32,000 bases of DNA, taken from positions 660,001 through 692,000 of the forward strand of contig OY969114.1 of the NCBI GenBank assembly GCA_963698035.1, read 5' to 3'. The DNA is from Candidatus Saccharimonadota bacterium (GTDB taxonomy: Archaea; Micrarchaeota; Micrarchaeia; Micrarchaeales; Micrarchaeaceae). Under the pieces are notes generated by a model. It saw only the letters and a program-made list of their open reading frames with translations. It did not search any database and was not told the DNA's origin. Both the position numbers and the translations under genes were made by a program. Shown here piece after piece: positions 1-8,030 of this stretch (positions within the stretch are counted from its first letter, which is position 1; every line of letters starts with the position of its first letter).

Positions 1-1334
1 CCATAGAGGCAAAATACGCAGCAAAGTATCCCGTTGGTGCCCTCCGCCTCGGGCTTGGCGATGCGACAATGCTGGAGGCGCTATCGCTCGCATACTGTGG
101 CAGCAGGGAGAAGAAGGCTGCACTAGAGAATGCTTACAACCTCTGCAGCGACCTTGGAATGGTTGCAGAGACAATCGCCACAAAAGGGATAGCTGCCATA
201 GAGCGGTTCAAGGTGACCCTCTTCAAGCCGATAAGGCCGGCTCTCGCGGAGAGGCTGCCTACCGCTGAGCAGATACTTGAGAAGATGCACGGCAAGGCCG
301 CGGTGGAACAGAAGTATGACGGATTCAGGTGCCAGATACACAAGGATGGGAAGAAGGTCAAGATATTCTCAAGGAGGCTTGAGGACACAACAGAGATGTT
401 CCCGGATCTTGTCAAGGCTGTGATAGGAGAACTGAAAGCAGACCGCCTTATACTCGATGGTGAGGCGCTCGCTTACAGCGAGACCACAGGAGAGTTCCTG
501 CCATTCCAGGAGACGATACAGAGGAAGAGAAAGCACGGGATAGAGCAGAAGGTGCTCGAGCTGCCGCTCCACCTCTTCGCGTTTGACATAATGATGCTCA
601 ATGGTGAGGAGCTGATGAGCGAGCCCTACCACAAGAGAAGGGAGGTCCTGGAGAAGATCCTCAAGAGCACCACGGTCATAAGGCCCTCCACTAGGATAAT
701 CGCGACGGAGCCAAAGCAATTGGAGGAGTTCTTCGAGAAATCGGTAGAGAACGGCTTAGAGGGAATAGTGGCGAAGGAACTTGACTCAAAGTATATAGCA
801 GGAGCAAGAAAATTCTCCTGGATAAAGCTGAAGAGGAGCTACAGAGGAGAATTGAACGACACCCTCGACCTCGTAATAGTCGGCTATTATCTCGGAAAGG
901 GGATGAGGAGCGAGTTCAAGTTCGGCGGGCTGCTCTGCGCGGCGTACAATCAGAAGAGGGACCTCTTCGAGACCGTGTCAAGACTGGGCACAGGGTTCAG
1001 CGAGAAGCAGATGGTGGAGCTGGAGAAGACGCTGAAGAAGCAGGTTGTGAAGACGAAGCCTGCGAGGGTTGACTCGGTAGTCGAGCCAGACTTTTGGGTG
1101 TATCCAAAATATGTGGTAATGGTAAGAGCAGATGAGATAACAGTGTCACCAATGCACACCTGCGGGCGTAAGCAGCAGAAAGACGGCACAGAAGCAGGAT
1201 TCGCACTGAGGTTCCCCAGACTGGCAAGCGACGAGGCGATAAGAAGCGACAAGAGCCCAGAAGAAGCTACCACAAGCAAGGAAGTAGAGGAAATGTACAA
1301 CAATCAGAAGAGGGTCAGGGTGGAGGATAGCTGA
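1..1334 (+). CDS. lig: ATP-dependent DNA ligase, 5'-truncated by the window edge (frame opens at nt 3)
   Basis: The frame is open from the window edge (IEAKYAAKYPVGALRLGLGDATMLEAL... precedes the Met at 69). Adenylation motif I is EQKYDGFRCQIHK (KxDG), followed by LDGEAL, EGIVAK and SWIKLK ligase motifs and an OB-fold-like C-terminus. Stop at 1332-1334. Confidence 0.9.
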   Translation, partial: IEAKYAAKYPVGALRLGLGDATMLEALSLAYCGSREKKAALENAYNLCSDLGMVAETIATKGIAAIERFKVTLFKPIRPALAERLPTAEQILEKMHGKAAVEQKYDGFRCQIHKDGKKVKIFSRRLEDTTEMFPDLVKAVIGELKADRLILDGEALAYSETTGEFLPFQETIQRKRKHGIEQKVLELPLHLFAFDIMMLNGEELMSEPYHKRREVLEKILKSTTVIRPSTRIIATEPKQLEEFFEKSVENGLEGIVAKELDSKYIAGARKFSWIKLKRSYRGELNDTLDLVIVGYYLGKGMRSEFKFGGLLCAAYNQKRDLFETVSRLGTGFSEKQMVELEKTLKKQVVKTKPARVDSVVEPDFWVYPKYVVMVRADEITVSPMHTCGRKQQKDGTEAGFALRFPRLASDEAIRSDKSPEEATTSKEVEEMYNNQKRVRVEDS

Positions 1335-1345
1335 ACATCCTATAA

Positions 1346-1672
1346 CTATTCCTGTATTACCGACTCTATTATGCCGGCGAGCCTCTGTACGCTCTTAACA
1401 ACATCCTTCATCTTTGGATTGAGCCTGTAGCCAAGCCCGTATCCTTTCTCTGTTCTTATATGGGTGGGCTGTATCACGTTGAAATCCAGTGAGAGCTCCC
1501 TGAGTGTTATTATGAGCGTCTTCCTGGTGAAGCGCTTCTCGAGCACCGAGTAGAGTTCTCTTGTTGTCCTTGGCGACTTCTTCAGGAGGAGTTCCATGAC
1601 TGCGTAGTTCGGGCGCGTTATCGCCTTCCTGAGCGCCCAGATTTCATCCTTCGGTTTCTCCCCCTTCGCCAT
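1346..1672 (-). CDS. Small winged-helix-type DNA-binding protein (putative transcription regulator)
   Basis: 108-aa ORF from ATG 1672 (MAKGEKPKDEIWALRKAITRPNYAVMELLLKKSPRTTRELYSVLEKRF...). It has an HTH-like RTTRELYSVLEK and a wing-like EKGYGLGYRLNP. A TATA-like tttataaa (minus sense, 1695-1702) lies about 26 nt upstream of this ATG, so I prefer it over the track's start at 1756. The gene is divergent from the 2026 operon. Confidence 0.55.
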   Translation of the reverse strand: MAKGEKPKDEIWALRKAITRPNYAVMELLLKKSPRTTRELYSVLEKRFTRKTLIITLRELSLDFNVIQPTHIRTEKGYGLGYRLNPKMKDVVKSVQRLAGIIESVIQE

Positions 1673-1964
1673 ATCTGAATCTTCATAATAAAGGTTTATA
1701 AACATTTGTAGTAAAGCCAGTTTCTTGCCCCAATATACACAAACTGATAATTCCATACAATGCTGGTGGCATGCTTAAAAAGCCCATCTTATTTACACAT
1801 GTGGATTTATGTATACCAAGATATAAATATATTTACCGTAATAAATATATTACACGGATAGTATATAGACTGGCATTCGGAAACTGCACAATCTCGCTCA
1901 GCCTTCTTGAAAAGCTGCGCAGGAGGCAACAGCGTGACAAACTGCGGTATCCATCCCATACAGG

Positions 1965-2022
1965 AAGCCTTTTATATCTAATTATACATAGTTACACTAA
2001 TTATATGTAATTAATAGGTGGT
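1965..2022 (+). promoter_or_regulatory. Promoter/operator of the 2026 operon: TATA-like ttttatat, three TAATTA hexamers and a GGTGGTG Shine-Dalgarno
   Basis: aagccttttatatctaattatacata (1965-1990) matches 19210-19235 with one mismatch. Palindromic TAATTA hexamers sit at 1979-1984, 1998-2003 and 2008-2013. aggtggtg at 2016-2023 lies just upstream of ATG 2026. Confidence 0.6.
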
Positions 2023-2025
2023 GTA

Positions 2026-2838
2026 ATGGAGATAAAAGAATTGACCATAATGGGAGGACGCGGGAAGTCTGGCGATCGCGAGCCCGTCACGAAAGTGAAG
2101 ATGAAGATGGGGCAGATAATCAGCATAGTGGGTCCTACTGGCTCAGGCAAGACCGAACTGATAAACGACATTGAGAGGTTCGCCAACAAGAACACACCCT
2201 CCATGCGCCAGGTGCTGATAGATGGTGACGTCGCTCCTGACGATTTCATCGGCGACCCATCAAAGAATCCAGTCGCACTGATAACCCAGCATACCAACTT
2301 CCTCTCCGACCTGCCTGTCAACAAATTCCTTGAGACGCATGCTAGAATAAGGCAGAACCTATCGGGCCAGGAATTGGAGGCGCTTGTTACTAACACTATC
2401 GACTTTGCGAACAAGCTGACTGGAGAATCGATAATCCTCGAGAGCGCTATGACGGAGCTCTCGGGCGGTCAGACCCGCGCGCTGCTCATAGCTGATGCCG
2501 TAGTGATAGGCAATTCACCGATAATACTGCTTGACGAGATAGAGAATGCGGGCATTCACAGGACAAAGGCGCTCGAGCTTCTGAAGGGTTACAGGAAGAT
2601 ATTTATCTTCGTGACTCACGACCCAAGGATAGCGTTGCTGTCCGACTTCAGGATTGCGATGAGTAGCGGTTCGATGCAGAAGGTGATTATGAGAGAGGAC
2701 AAGGAGAAGCGTGTTGAGGACGAACTGAGGAAGATGGACGACCTCCTCTCAGATTACAGGATGAAGATAAGAGCCGGTGAACAACTTGACGAGGAGGAGA
2801 TTAAGAAGAAGCTGAAGGCGATTGGATACATTTCTTAG
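2026..2838 (+). CDS. ABC-type ATPase without an associated permease (orphan ABC ATP-binding protein)
   Basis: Walker A GPTGSGKT, ABC signature LSGGQ, Walker B/D-loop ILLDEIENAG and H-loop VTHDP. The C-terminal tail is charged and coiled-coil-like. There are no TM segments. Confidence 0.8.
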   Translation: MEIKELTIMGGRGKSGDREPVTKVKMKMGQIISIVGPTGSGKTELINDIERFANKNTPSMRQVLIDGDVAPDDFIGDPSKNPVALITQHTNFLSDLPVNKFLETHARIRQNLSGQELEALVTNTIDFANKLTGESIILESAMTELSGGQTRALLIADAVVIGNSPIILLDEIENAGIHRTKALELLKGYRKIFIFVTHDPRIALLSDFRIAMSSGSMQKVIMREDKEKRVEDELRKMDDLLSDYRMKIRAGEQLDEEEIKKKLKAIGYIS

Positions 2839-2848
2839 AAGGGATACA

Positions 2849-3547
2849 ATGAAAACTATAATCTGTGCCGGACCGCCATCAAGCGGAAAGACTACCGTAC
2901 TGAAGCAGGCAGCAAGGAGGCTCAAAGAGAAGAAGCTCAAGCTGGCATACCTAAAGATAGACGTCCAGTTTACTGAGGAGGACGAAATATTCAGGCGCGA
3001 ATTTGGGATACCGGCGAAGAAGGTCTACTCTGGCGAGATATGCCCGGACCACTGCAATGTAATGGTCCTGGGGGACGCCGTGAAGTGGGCGGAAGAGCTT
3101 GGTTCAGATATACTATTTGTCGAGACCGCGGGTCTCTGCCTGCGCTGCTCACCTTACATGGAGGGCTCGCTGGGCATAGCCGTGCTTGAGGCTACGAGCG
3201 GAATGAACCTGCCGCGCAAGATAGGCCCGCTGCTCTCACTCGCGGACATCGTTATGATAACAAAGATAGACATGGTCTCCCAGGCGGAACGCGAGGTGTT
3301 CAGGGCCAACGTTGCCTTATCTGCCAAGGCGTACATAATCGAGACAGACGCGCTTCACGGGATCAACATCGACAGACTTGTGAAGAAGATAGAGGCTGCC
3401 CCTGAGACAAAGAGCCCGATGTTCCTGAGGGGCAATCCGCCGGTCGGCGTATGCACCATATGTGTGGGAAAGAAAGAGATTGGGTGGCAGCAACACTTCG
3501 GCGTGGTGAGACCACTCGAGGGTGATATGTTCTACCGAGGCGAGTGA
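2849..3547 (+). CDS. G3E-family (HypB/UreG-like) P-loop NTPase
   Basis: Starts MKTIICAGPPSSGKTTVL (P-loop). ICPDH, VETAGLCLRCSP and ADIVMITKIDM parallel the HypB/UreG CPH, ENVGNLVCP and NKxD segments. C-terminal CTIC. ATG 2849 lies 10 nt after the upstream stop; the track's start at 2822 overlaps the previous gene and seems less likely. Confidence 0.65.
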   Translation: MKTIICAGPPSSGKTTVLKQAARRLKEKKLKLAYLKIDVQFTEEDEIFRREFGIPAKKVYSGEICPDHCNVMVLGDAVKWAEELGSDILFVETAGLCLRCSPYMEGSLGIAVLEATSGMNLPRKIGPLLSLADIVMITKIDMVSQAEREVFRANVALSAKAYIIETDALHGINIDRLVKKIEAAPETKSPMFLRGNPPVGVCTICVGKKEIGWQQHFGVVRPLEGDMFYRGE

Positions 3548-3551
3548 TTCC

Positions 3552-4730
3552 ATGCTGCACAAGATATATTTAGACAATGGTGCGACTACAAGGGTCGACC
3601 CCAGGGTGCTTGAGGAGATGCTTCCATACTTTAGCGAGCGATTCGGCAACGCTTCCAGCATGCACTCGTACGGCGAGGAAGCGAAGGAGGCGCTTGCCTC
3701 ATCTAGGGAGAGGATCGCAAGCTCGATAGGGGCCAAACCAGAGGAGATAGTCTTCACCTCTGGCGGTACAGAATCAAATAATCTTGCTATAAAAGGAATA
3801 GCTTATGCGAATTCAGACAAAGGCAAGCACATAGTCGTCTCCTCGATTGAGCACGATTGCATCCTCAATTCCTGCGAATGGCTCAGGTCGCAGGGGTTCG
3901 AGGTCACATACCTCCCCGTCGACCACGACGGGCTTGTAAATGTTGAGATGATAGAATCTGCGATAAAGCCGAGTACCATCCTTATTTCTGTGATGCATGC
4001 GAACAATGAGATAGGCACAATAGAACCAATAGATGAGATAGGTAAACTTTGCAGGGAGCATAGCATTTACTTCCATACCGATGCATGCCAGTCATTCGGG
4101 AAGATACCGTTCAACGTGAACAGCCTCAATATCGATCTGGCAACCATAAACGCGCACAAGATGTACGGGCCGAAAGGAGTCGGCGCGCTCTTCATAAAGG
4201 ATGGCACAAGGATATCGCCGTGGCAGCATGGCGGCGGCCACGAGCACGGGATGAGGTCTTCCACCGAGAACATCGCAGGCATAGTGGGATTTGCGAAGGC
4301 TGCGGAGCTGTGTGCATCAGAGCTGGATACTGAGGCAAAACGGCAGTCGGGCTTAAGAGACAAGATAATAAATAAGATTATGGAGAAACTGCCTGCGGCA
4401 TACCTGAACGGTCACAGGACAAAGCGCTTGCCGAACAACGTCAACTTCTGCTTCCACGGTCTCGAAGGCGAGGCGATAAGGGTACTCCTCGATCTCGACT
4501 CAAAGGGCATAGCGGTTTCTACAGGATCCGCGTGCTCAGCAAACCAGCCGAGAGGGAAACCCTCTCATGTTTTGCTTGCGATAGGGTTGAATCCAGTCGA
4601 GGCAAGAGGTCAGCTGAGGGTCACCCTCGGGCGATTCAACACAGAGGAAGAGGCGGACTATTTCGTTGACACATTGTCGGACGTCGTCAGTTCGCTTAGG
4701 CCTCTTTCGTCTACTAGATTAGGTGTATAA
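3552..4730 (+). CDS. nifS: Cysteine desulfurase, NifS/IscS type (class V aminotransferase fold)
   Basis: MLHKIYLDNGATTRVDP start. Motifs GGTESNN, HANNEIG, HTDACQSFGK, PLP-lysine context NAHKMYGPKGVGALF, and catalytic Cys loop STGSACS. ATG 3552 lies 4 nt after the previous stop. Confidence 0.9.
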   Translation: MLHKIYLDNGATTRVDPRVLEEMLPYFSERFGNASSMHSYGEEAKEALASSRERIASSIGAKPEEIVFTSGGTESNNLAIKGIAYANSDKGKHIVVSSIEHDCILNSCEWLRSQGFEVTYLPVDHDGLVNVEMIESAIKPSTILISVMHANNEIGTIEPIDEIGKLCREHSIYFHTDACQSFGKIPFNVNSLNIDLATINAHKMYGPKGVGALFIKDGTRISPWQHGGGHEHGMRSSTENIAGIVGFAKAAELCASELDTEAKRQSGLRDKIINKIMEKLPAAYLNGHRTKRLPNNVNFCFHGLEGEAIRVLLDLDSKGIAVSTGSACSANQPRGKPSHVLLAIGLNPVEARGQLRVTLGRFNTEEEADYFVDTLSDVVSSLRPLSSTRLGV

Positions 4731-4731
4731 A

Positions 4732-5460
4732 ATGGATGACAAAGAAATTAAGAGGCAGAGGATTTTGGAGCAGCTACCCGGACTCAACTGCGGCGCCTGC
4801 CGCTTCGGCGGCTGTGCTGGTCTTGCCGCTGCGATAGCGGACAACTCCGCTGGGCTCGAGGACTGCGTAGTGATAAAGAGGGGCGGGGCTCAACCATCGG
4901 GCGCAACCACGCAGAAAATTTCTTCCAGCATTTCTTCGCAGCAAAGCGCATGCGTCGGCTGCGCCGTCTATCCTGGTTCGCAGGAGGGAAGGACGTGGAA
5001 GGACTTCCTCGGCCGAGAGTACGATTTCGTTCTTGAGATATTTCCAGGCGAGCCCGGGCCCAGGGAAACGATACTCCCCCACAACCCGGCGCTCACCAAG
5101 GAGCTTGACATACAGAAGGGCGACATACTTGTGGGCAGGCCCCTTGGAATGTCGTGCGGTTGCCCGATAACCCATTCCGGCATAGTGATGGACGTTGACC
5201 ACAGGACTGGCGTAATAGTCTGGTGCGTCACAGGTCCGCTGCAGCCAAGGTCAAAGGGCTTCAAGGACATGGGCTACTACGTAGCGGAGGCGTACGAAGG
5301 CATAATCAAGGAGTCGAAGAAGGAGCTCAAGATCGGGATGAGGTACTGGTTCCAGCCCCAGCTGTGCATGCTGCAGTGGAGGCACAGCGGGCTGATCAAC
5401 TTCCTTACCAAGATGAAGGGAGGCACGCAGGTAAGAATAGAGGGGCTGTACATAGGCTAG
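4732..5460 (+). CDS. Fe-S cluster domain protein (RnfB-type N-terminal 4-Cys domain) with an uncharacterised Cys-containing C-terminal domain
   Basis: LPGLNCGACRFGGCAGLAAAIADNSAGLEDC matches the 4-Cys 'putative Fe-S cluster' domain found at the N-termini of RnfB and CODH/ACS subunits. A Ser/Gln-rich linker follows, then CVGC and CGCP motifs in a ~170-aa domain I cannot assign. ATG 4732 lies 1 nt after the nifS stop (an alternative GTG at 4723 overlaps it). Confidence 0.6.
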   Translation: MDDKEIKRQRILEQLPGLNCGACRFGGCAGLAAAIADNSAGLEDCVVIKRGGAQPSGATTQKISSSISSQQSACVGCAVYPGSQEGRTWKDFLGREYDFVLEIFPGEPGPRETILPHNPALTKELDIQKGDILVGRPLGMSCGCPITHSGIVMDVDHRTGVIVWCVTGPLQPRSKGFKDMGYYVAEAYEGIIKESKKELKIGMRYWFQPQLCMLQWRHSGLINFLTKMKGGTQVRIEGLYIG

Positions 5461-5555
5461 ATCGCAATGGTTATAGATCACATGCAAATGCCTTGTATAC
5501 GATAGTAGCCGCGATAAGGATTGGAGGTTCTGGGAACCGAAAAGGCCGGCAAAAG

Positions 5556-5565
5556 CTTATAAATA
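5556..5565 (+). promoter_or_regulatory. TATA-box-like element upstream of tRNA-His
   Basis: cttataaata is centred about 32 nt upstream of the tRNA 5' end. Confidence 0.4.
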
Positions 5566-5592
5566 GCTGAACAACAGTTATTTCTACATCGT

Positions 5593-5665
5593 GGCCTTAG
5601 TGGTGTAACGGCTCGCACGGAAGGCTGTGGACCTTCAAGACCGGGTCCGACCCCCGGCTAAGGCC
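5593..5665 (+). tRNA. tRNA-His (anticodon GTG) with a genome-encoded G-1
   Basis: Folded by hand. G-1 (5593) pairs with C73 (5665). Acceptor GCCTTAG/CTAAGGC. Anticodon stem GAAGG/CCTTC with loop CTGTGGA. T arm CCGGG-TCCGACC-CCCGG. No encoded CCA and no intron; a T-run follows. Confidence 0.9.
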
Positions 5666-5712
5666 TTTAATTTCTTACATGTCTCTTAATTTTATAATGG
5701 CAGCGATTGCCG

Positions 5713-6546
5713 ATGATCAAAATGCAGGGGAAAATGAAGGTCAGGGATGACCAGAACATAATGATAGACGATGCGCTTCTTGATGCTATCGCAGGACTGG
5801 CCACCCTCAACAAAAAGGATTCCGTTCTTGAGATAGGCGGCGGTCCCGGCAACCTGGCGAAGCGGCTCGCAAAACAGTGCGGCAAATTGACTATAGTAGA
5901 AAAAGACGAGAGATACGCCAAATTGCTTGAGGATAAATTCAATGGTGTCGGTGCAGTGACCGTCATACACGGCGATATTCTGAAAGTTGGCCTGCCGCGC
6001 TTCAACAAAATAGTATCCAATACCCCATATTCGATACTGCAGCAATTCTTCGTCAGGCTCGTAAAGGAGAGGAGATACAACTTCGAGTGCGCGGTGCTTG
6101 TAGTGCCCCATGGCTTTACTGCGAAGATCACCGCCCAGCCCAGTTCCCGCAACTTTGGCGCGCTCTCCGCGCTTTTCAGCGGGTTCTACAGGGTAGAGGT
6201 CTTGATGGAGATAGGGAAGGGCAGCTTCTCCCCCCCGCCAAGGGTAAAATCCGAATGCGTCAGGATTACGTTAGCCGATGGCGCGCCCAAGGACATAACC
6301 GGCTATCTCTTCAGGAAGCTCTTCCTAAACGAAGATAAAAAGGTAAAGAACCTGCTTACCGAACTATTCTGGAACGATGGCAAACTGCTCTTCGATAGAA
6401 GGTTCACGAAGACCGAGTCCCAAGAACTGGCCCATAAGGCTCTCGGAGCCAGGTTCGCCTCTATCGGCGACAAAAAGGCAGCCGAGCTAAGCAATGCAGA
6501 GTTCAGGTGCCTCGCTAACTCGGTCAGGCAACCGCAACCGACATAG
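5713..6546 (+). CDS. ksgA: 16S rRNA (adenine-N6,N6)-dimethyltransferase KsgA/Dim1
   Basis: SAM-binding VLEIGGGPGNLA, and catalytic-region IVSNTPYSI (NxPY). Length and order are typical of KsgA. ATG 5713 is preferred over TTG 5707 because ttaattttataa (~5685-5696) lies about 25 nt upstream. Confidence 0.85.
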   Translation: MIKMQGKMKVRDDQNIMIDDALLDAIAGLATLNKKDSVLEIGGGPGNLAKRLAKQCGKLTIVEKDERYAKLLEDKFNGVGAVTVIHGDILKVGLPRFNKIVSNTPYSILQQFFVRLVKERRYNFECAVLVVPHGFTAKITAQPSSRNFGALSALFSGFYRVEVLMEIGKGSFSPPPRVKSECVRITLADGAPKDITGYLFRKLFLNEDKKVKNLLTELFWNDGKLLFDRRFTKTESQELAHKALGARFASIGDKKAAELSNAEFRCLANSVRQPQPT

Positions 6547-7827
6547 CGGGCTTGCGCTTCGCCTTCGAGAATATATACCCGCTCACCAGTATGAGTGCCC
6601 CTCCAAGGACGAAGGTGACCCAGTAGCCGAGATAGAATGCGGTGTAGCCTGAAGCGAGCGCGCCTATCAACGTGCCTATGCCCATCAGCGCTGTGTAGGC
6701 GCCCAAGGCGCTGCCCCTCTCTGGCCCCTTCAACGAGTTGAAGACCAGGGTGTTCGACGCAGTGTAGTAGAATGCGTACGCGATCCCGGATGCTATCGGA
6801 TAGAAGATCAGTCCTCCAATGAAGGCCCCTATCCTGCTGTAGAGCAGGAAGGCCACGCCTATCATTATGTAGGAGCCGGCCCTCAGCACGAGCGAGCTCG
6901 TTATCGTTGATATCTTCGCCCCCCCTTTGAATGAGTTGCCGAGCAGGTAGAAGGCCGCGACCTGCACCGCCATGCCCACAAGCAGCACAAGGAAGATGCT
7001 CGACTCGGCGAGCCCCACCCCCTTCAACCCCGCCGGATACATGGTGTTGAAGACACCAGAGCCCAGCGAGAAGACGAATATAGCAGCGTATATTATGGTT
7101 ATCTTCCTGTACCCGTCGACCGGATTTGACAACCTGTGCCAGAGCCTCTTGATGGTCGATATACTGGGGTTCTCATTATCATGACCGGGCTGACGAATAT
7201 CCTGGACATGAATGCGAAGAGGTTCCTCGAGAAGTTGAGCTTGGAGAACCTCTCCTTGGGCTGATAGACGAATATGACTGTCAGCACGGCAGAGGCGATA
7301 GCGAGTGCGAAGAAGACGAGCATCAGCTCCTTTAGCGAGAGGAGCCCTGCCACTATGACCGCCACTACGAATCCTATGGTGGTGCCTAGGCTCCCCACGG
7401 TCTGCAGCTTGGAGAACGATGCGGCCCACTTCTGCCTTGGGCTTGTCCCCATCACCAGCAGGTTCAGGGGCGTGGCGTTGGCAGCCGTCACGAATGCGTA
7501 TAGCCCATATGTTAGTATCACCCCCAGTACGCTCCCGAGCAGCATGAACGCGAGGAGCAGGACGGCCAGGCCCAGATAGGAGAGCACTATCTGCGCCCTC
7601 ATCTTCTGGAAGGTGTCGCTGATAGAGCCCCAGAAGAACGCAGCGGGTATGGCTAGCGCGCTCGCAAGCGCTATGGCGTACGAGACATCTATCACCGTGC
7701 CACCCAACTGCAGTATGTAGAGCGTTATCACGCTCGAAAGCGGCCCTACGGCTATGCTGGCAGGCAGCGTGGTGTATATCCATCGTGTGCTTCGCCTAAG
7801 CTTGTAATCTTTGCTTCGGTTCTCCAT
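6524..7827 (-). pseudogene. MFS-type transporter split across two reading frames (N-half 7099-7827, C-half 6524 to ~7190)
   Basis: The 7099-7827 ORF encodes about 6 TM helices (MENRSKDYKLRRSTRWIYTTLPASIAVGPL...). The 3' part of the 6524-7783 ORF encodes about 6 more (KITIIYAAIFVFSLGSGVFN...GYWVTFVLGGALILV). The join falls in the central cytoplasmic loop, and the frames are offset by one nucleotide. Confidence 0.6.
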
Positions 7828-8030
7828 GGCCGCACCAAGGGGTTAGAGTAGTGTAGTAGGATGTTAAGGAAAGCCTTTTAAATGTTAGTAGAGAGATTTT
7901 GATTAGTGATTTACGTGGGAGGAACTTCGCAGCCATCGCCCGATGGTAAACATCCAGCCACATAGGCATACGCTAGGGTCTACTCTTCAAGTTAGTTATT
8001 GCGTAGCAGTCCTTGTGCTGCTTCATCGCG

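Noticed and set aside
1771-2010. 79-aa ORF in the divergent intergenic region
   Set aside because: It lies in AT-rich promoter DNA and spans the shared operator. Its translation is low-complexity (Tyr/Ile/Leu/Arg) and there is no ribosome-binding context.
5223-5570. 115-aa plus-strand ORF overlapping the 3' end of the Fe-S protein gene
   Set aside because: It is an alternative frame of a supported CDS with an Arg/Gly/Ala-rich translation, and it runs into the tRNA-His promoter region.
5667-6152. Minus-strand ORFs (161 aa and 139 aa) opposite ksgA
   Set aside because: They are antisense shadows of a gene with clear SAM-binding and NxPY motifs.
7190-7783. The 5' two-thirds of the 419-aa ORF (6524-7783) as a real N-terminal domain
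   Set aside because: This part (MDIHHAACQHSRRAAFERD..., Arg/His/Ala-rich) overlaps the well-formed MFS N-half in another frame. Only the 3' portion of this ORF looks like genuine transporter sequence.
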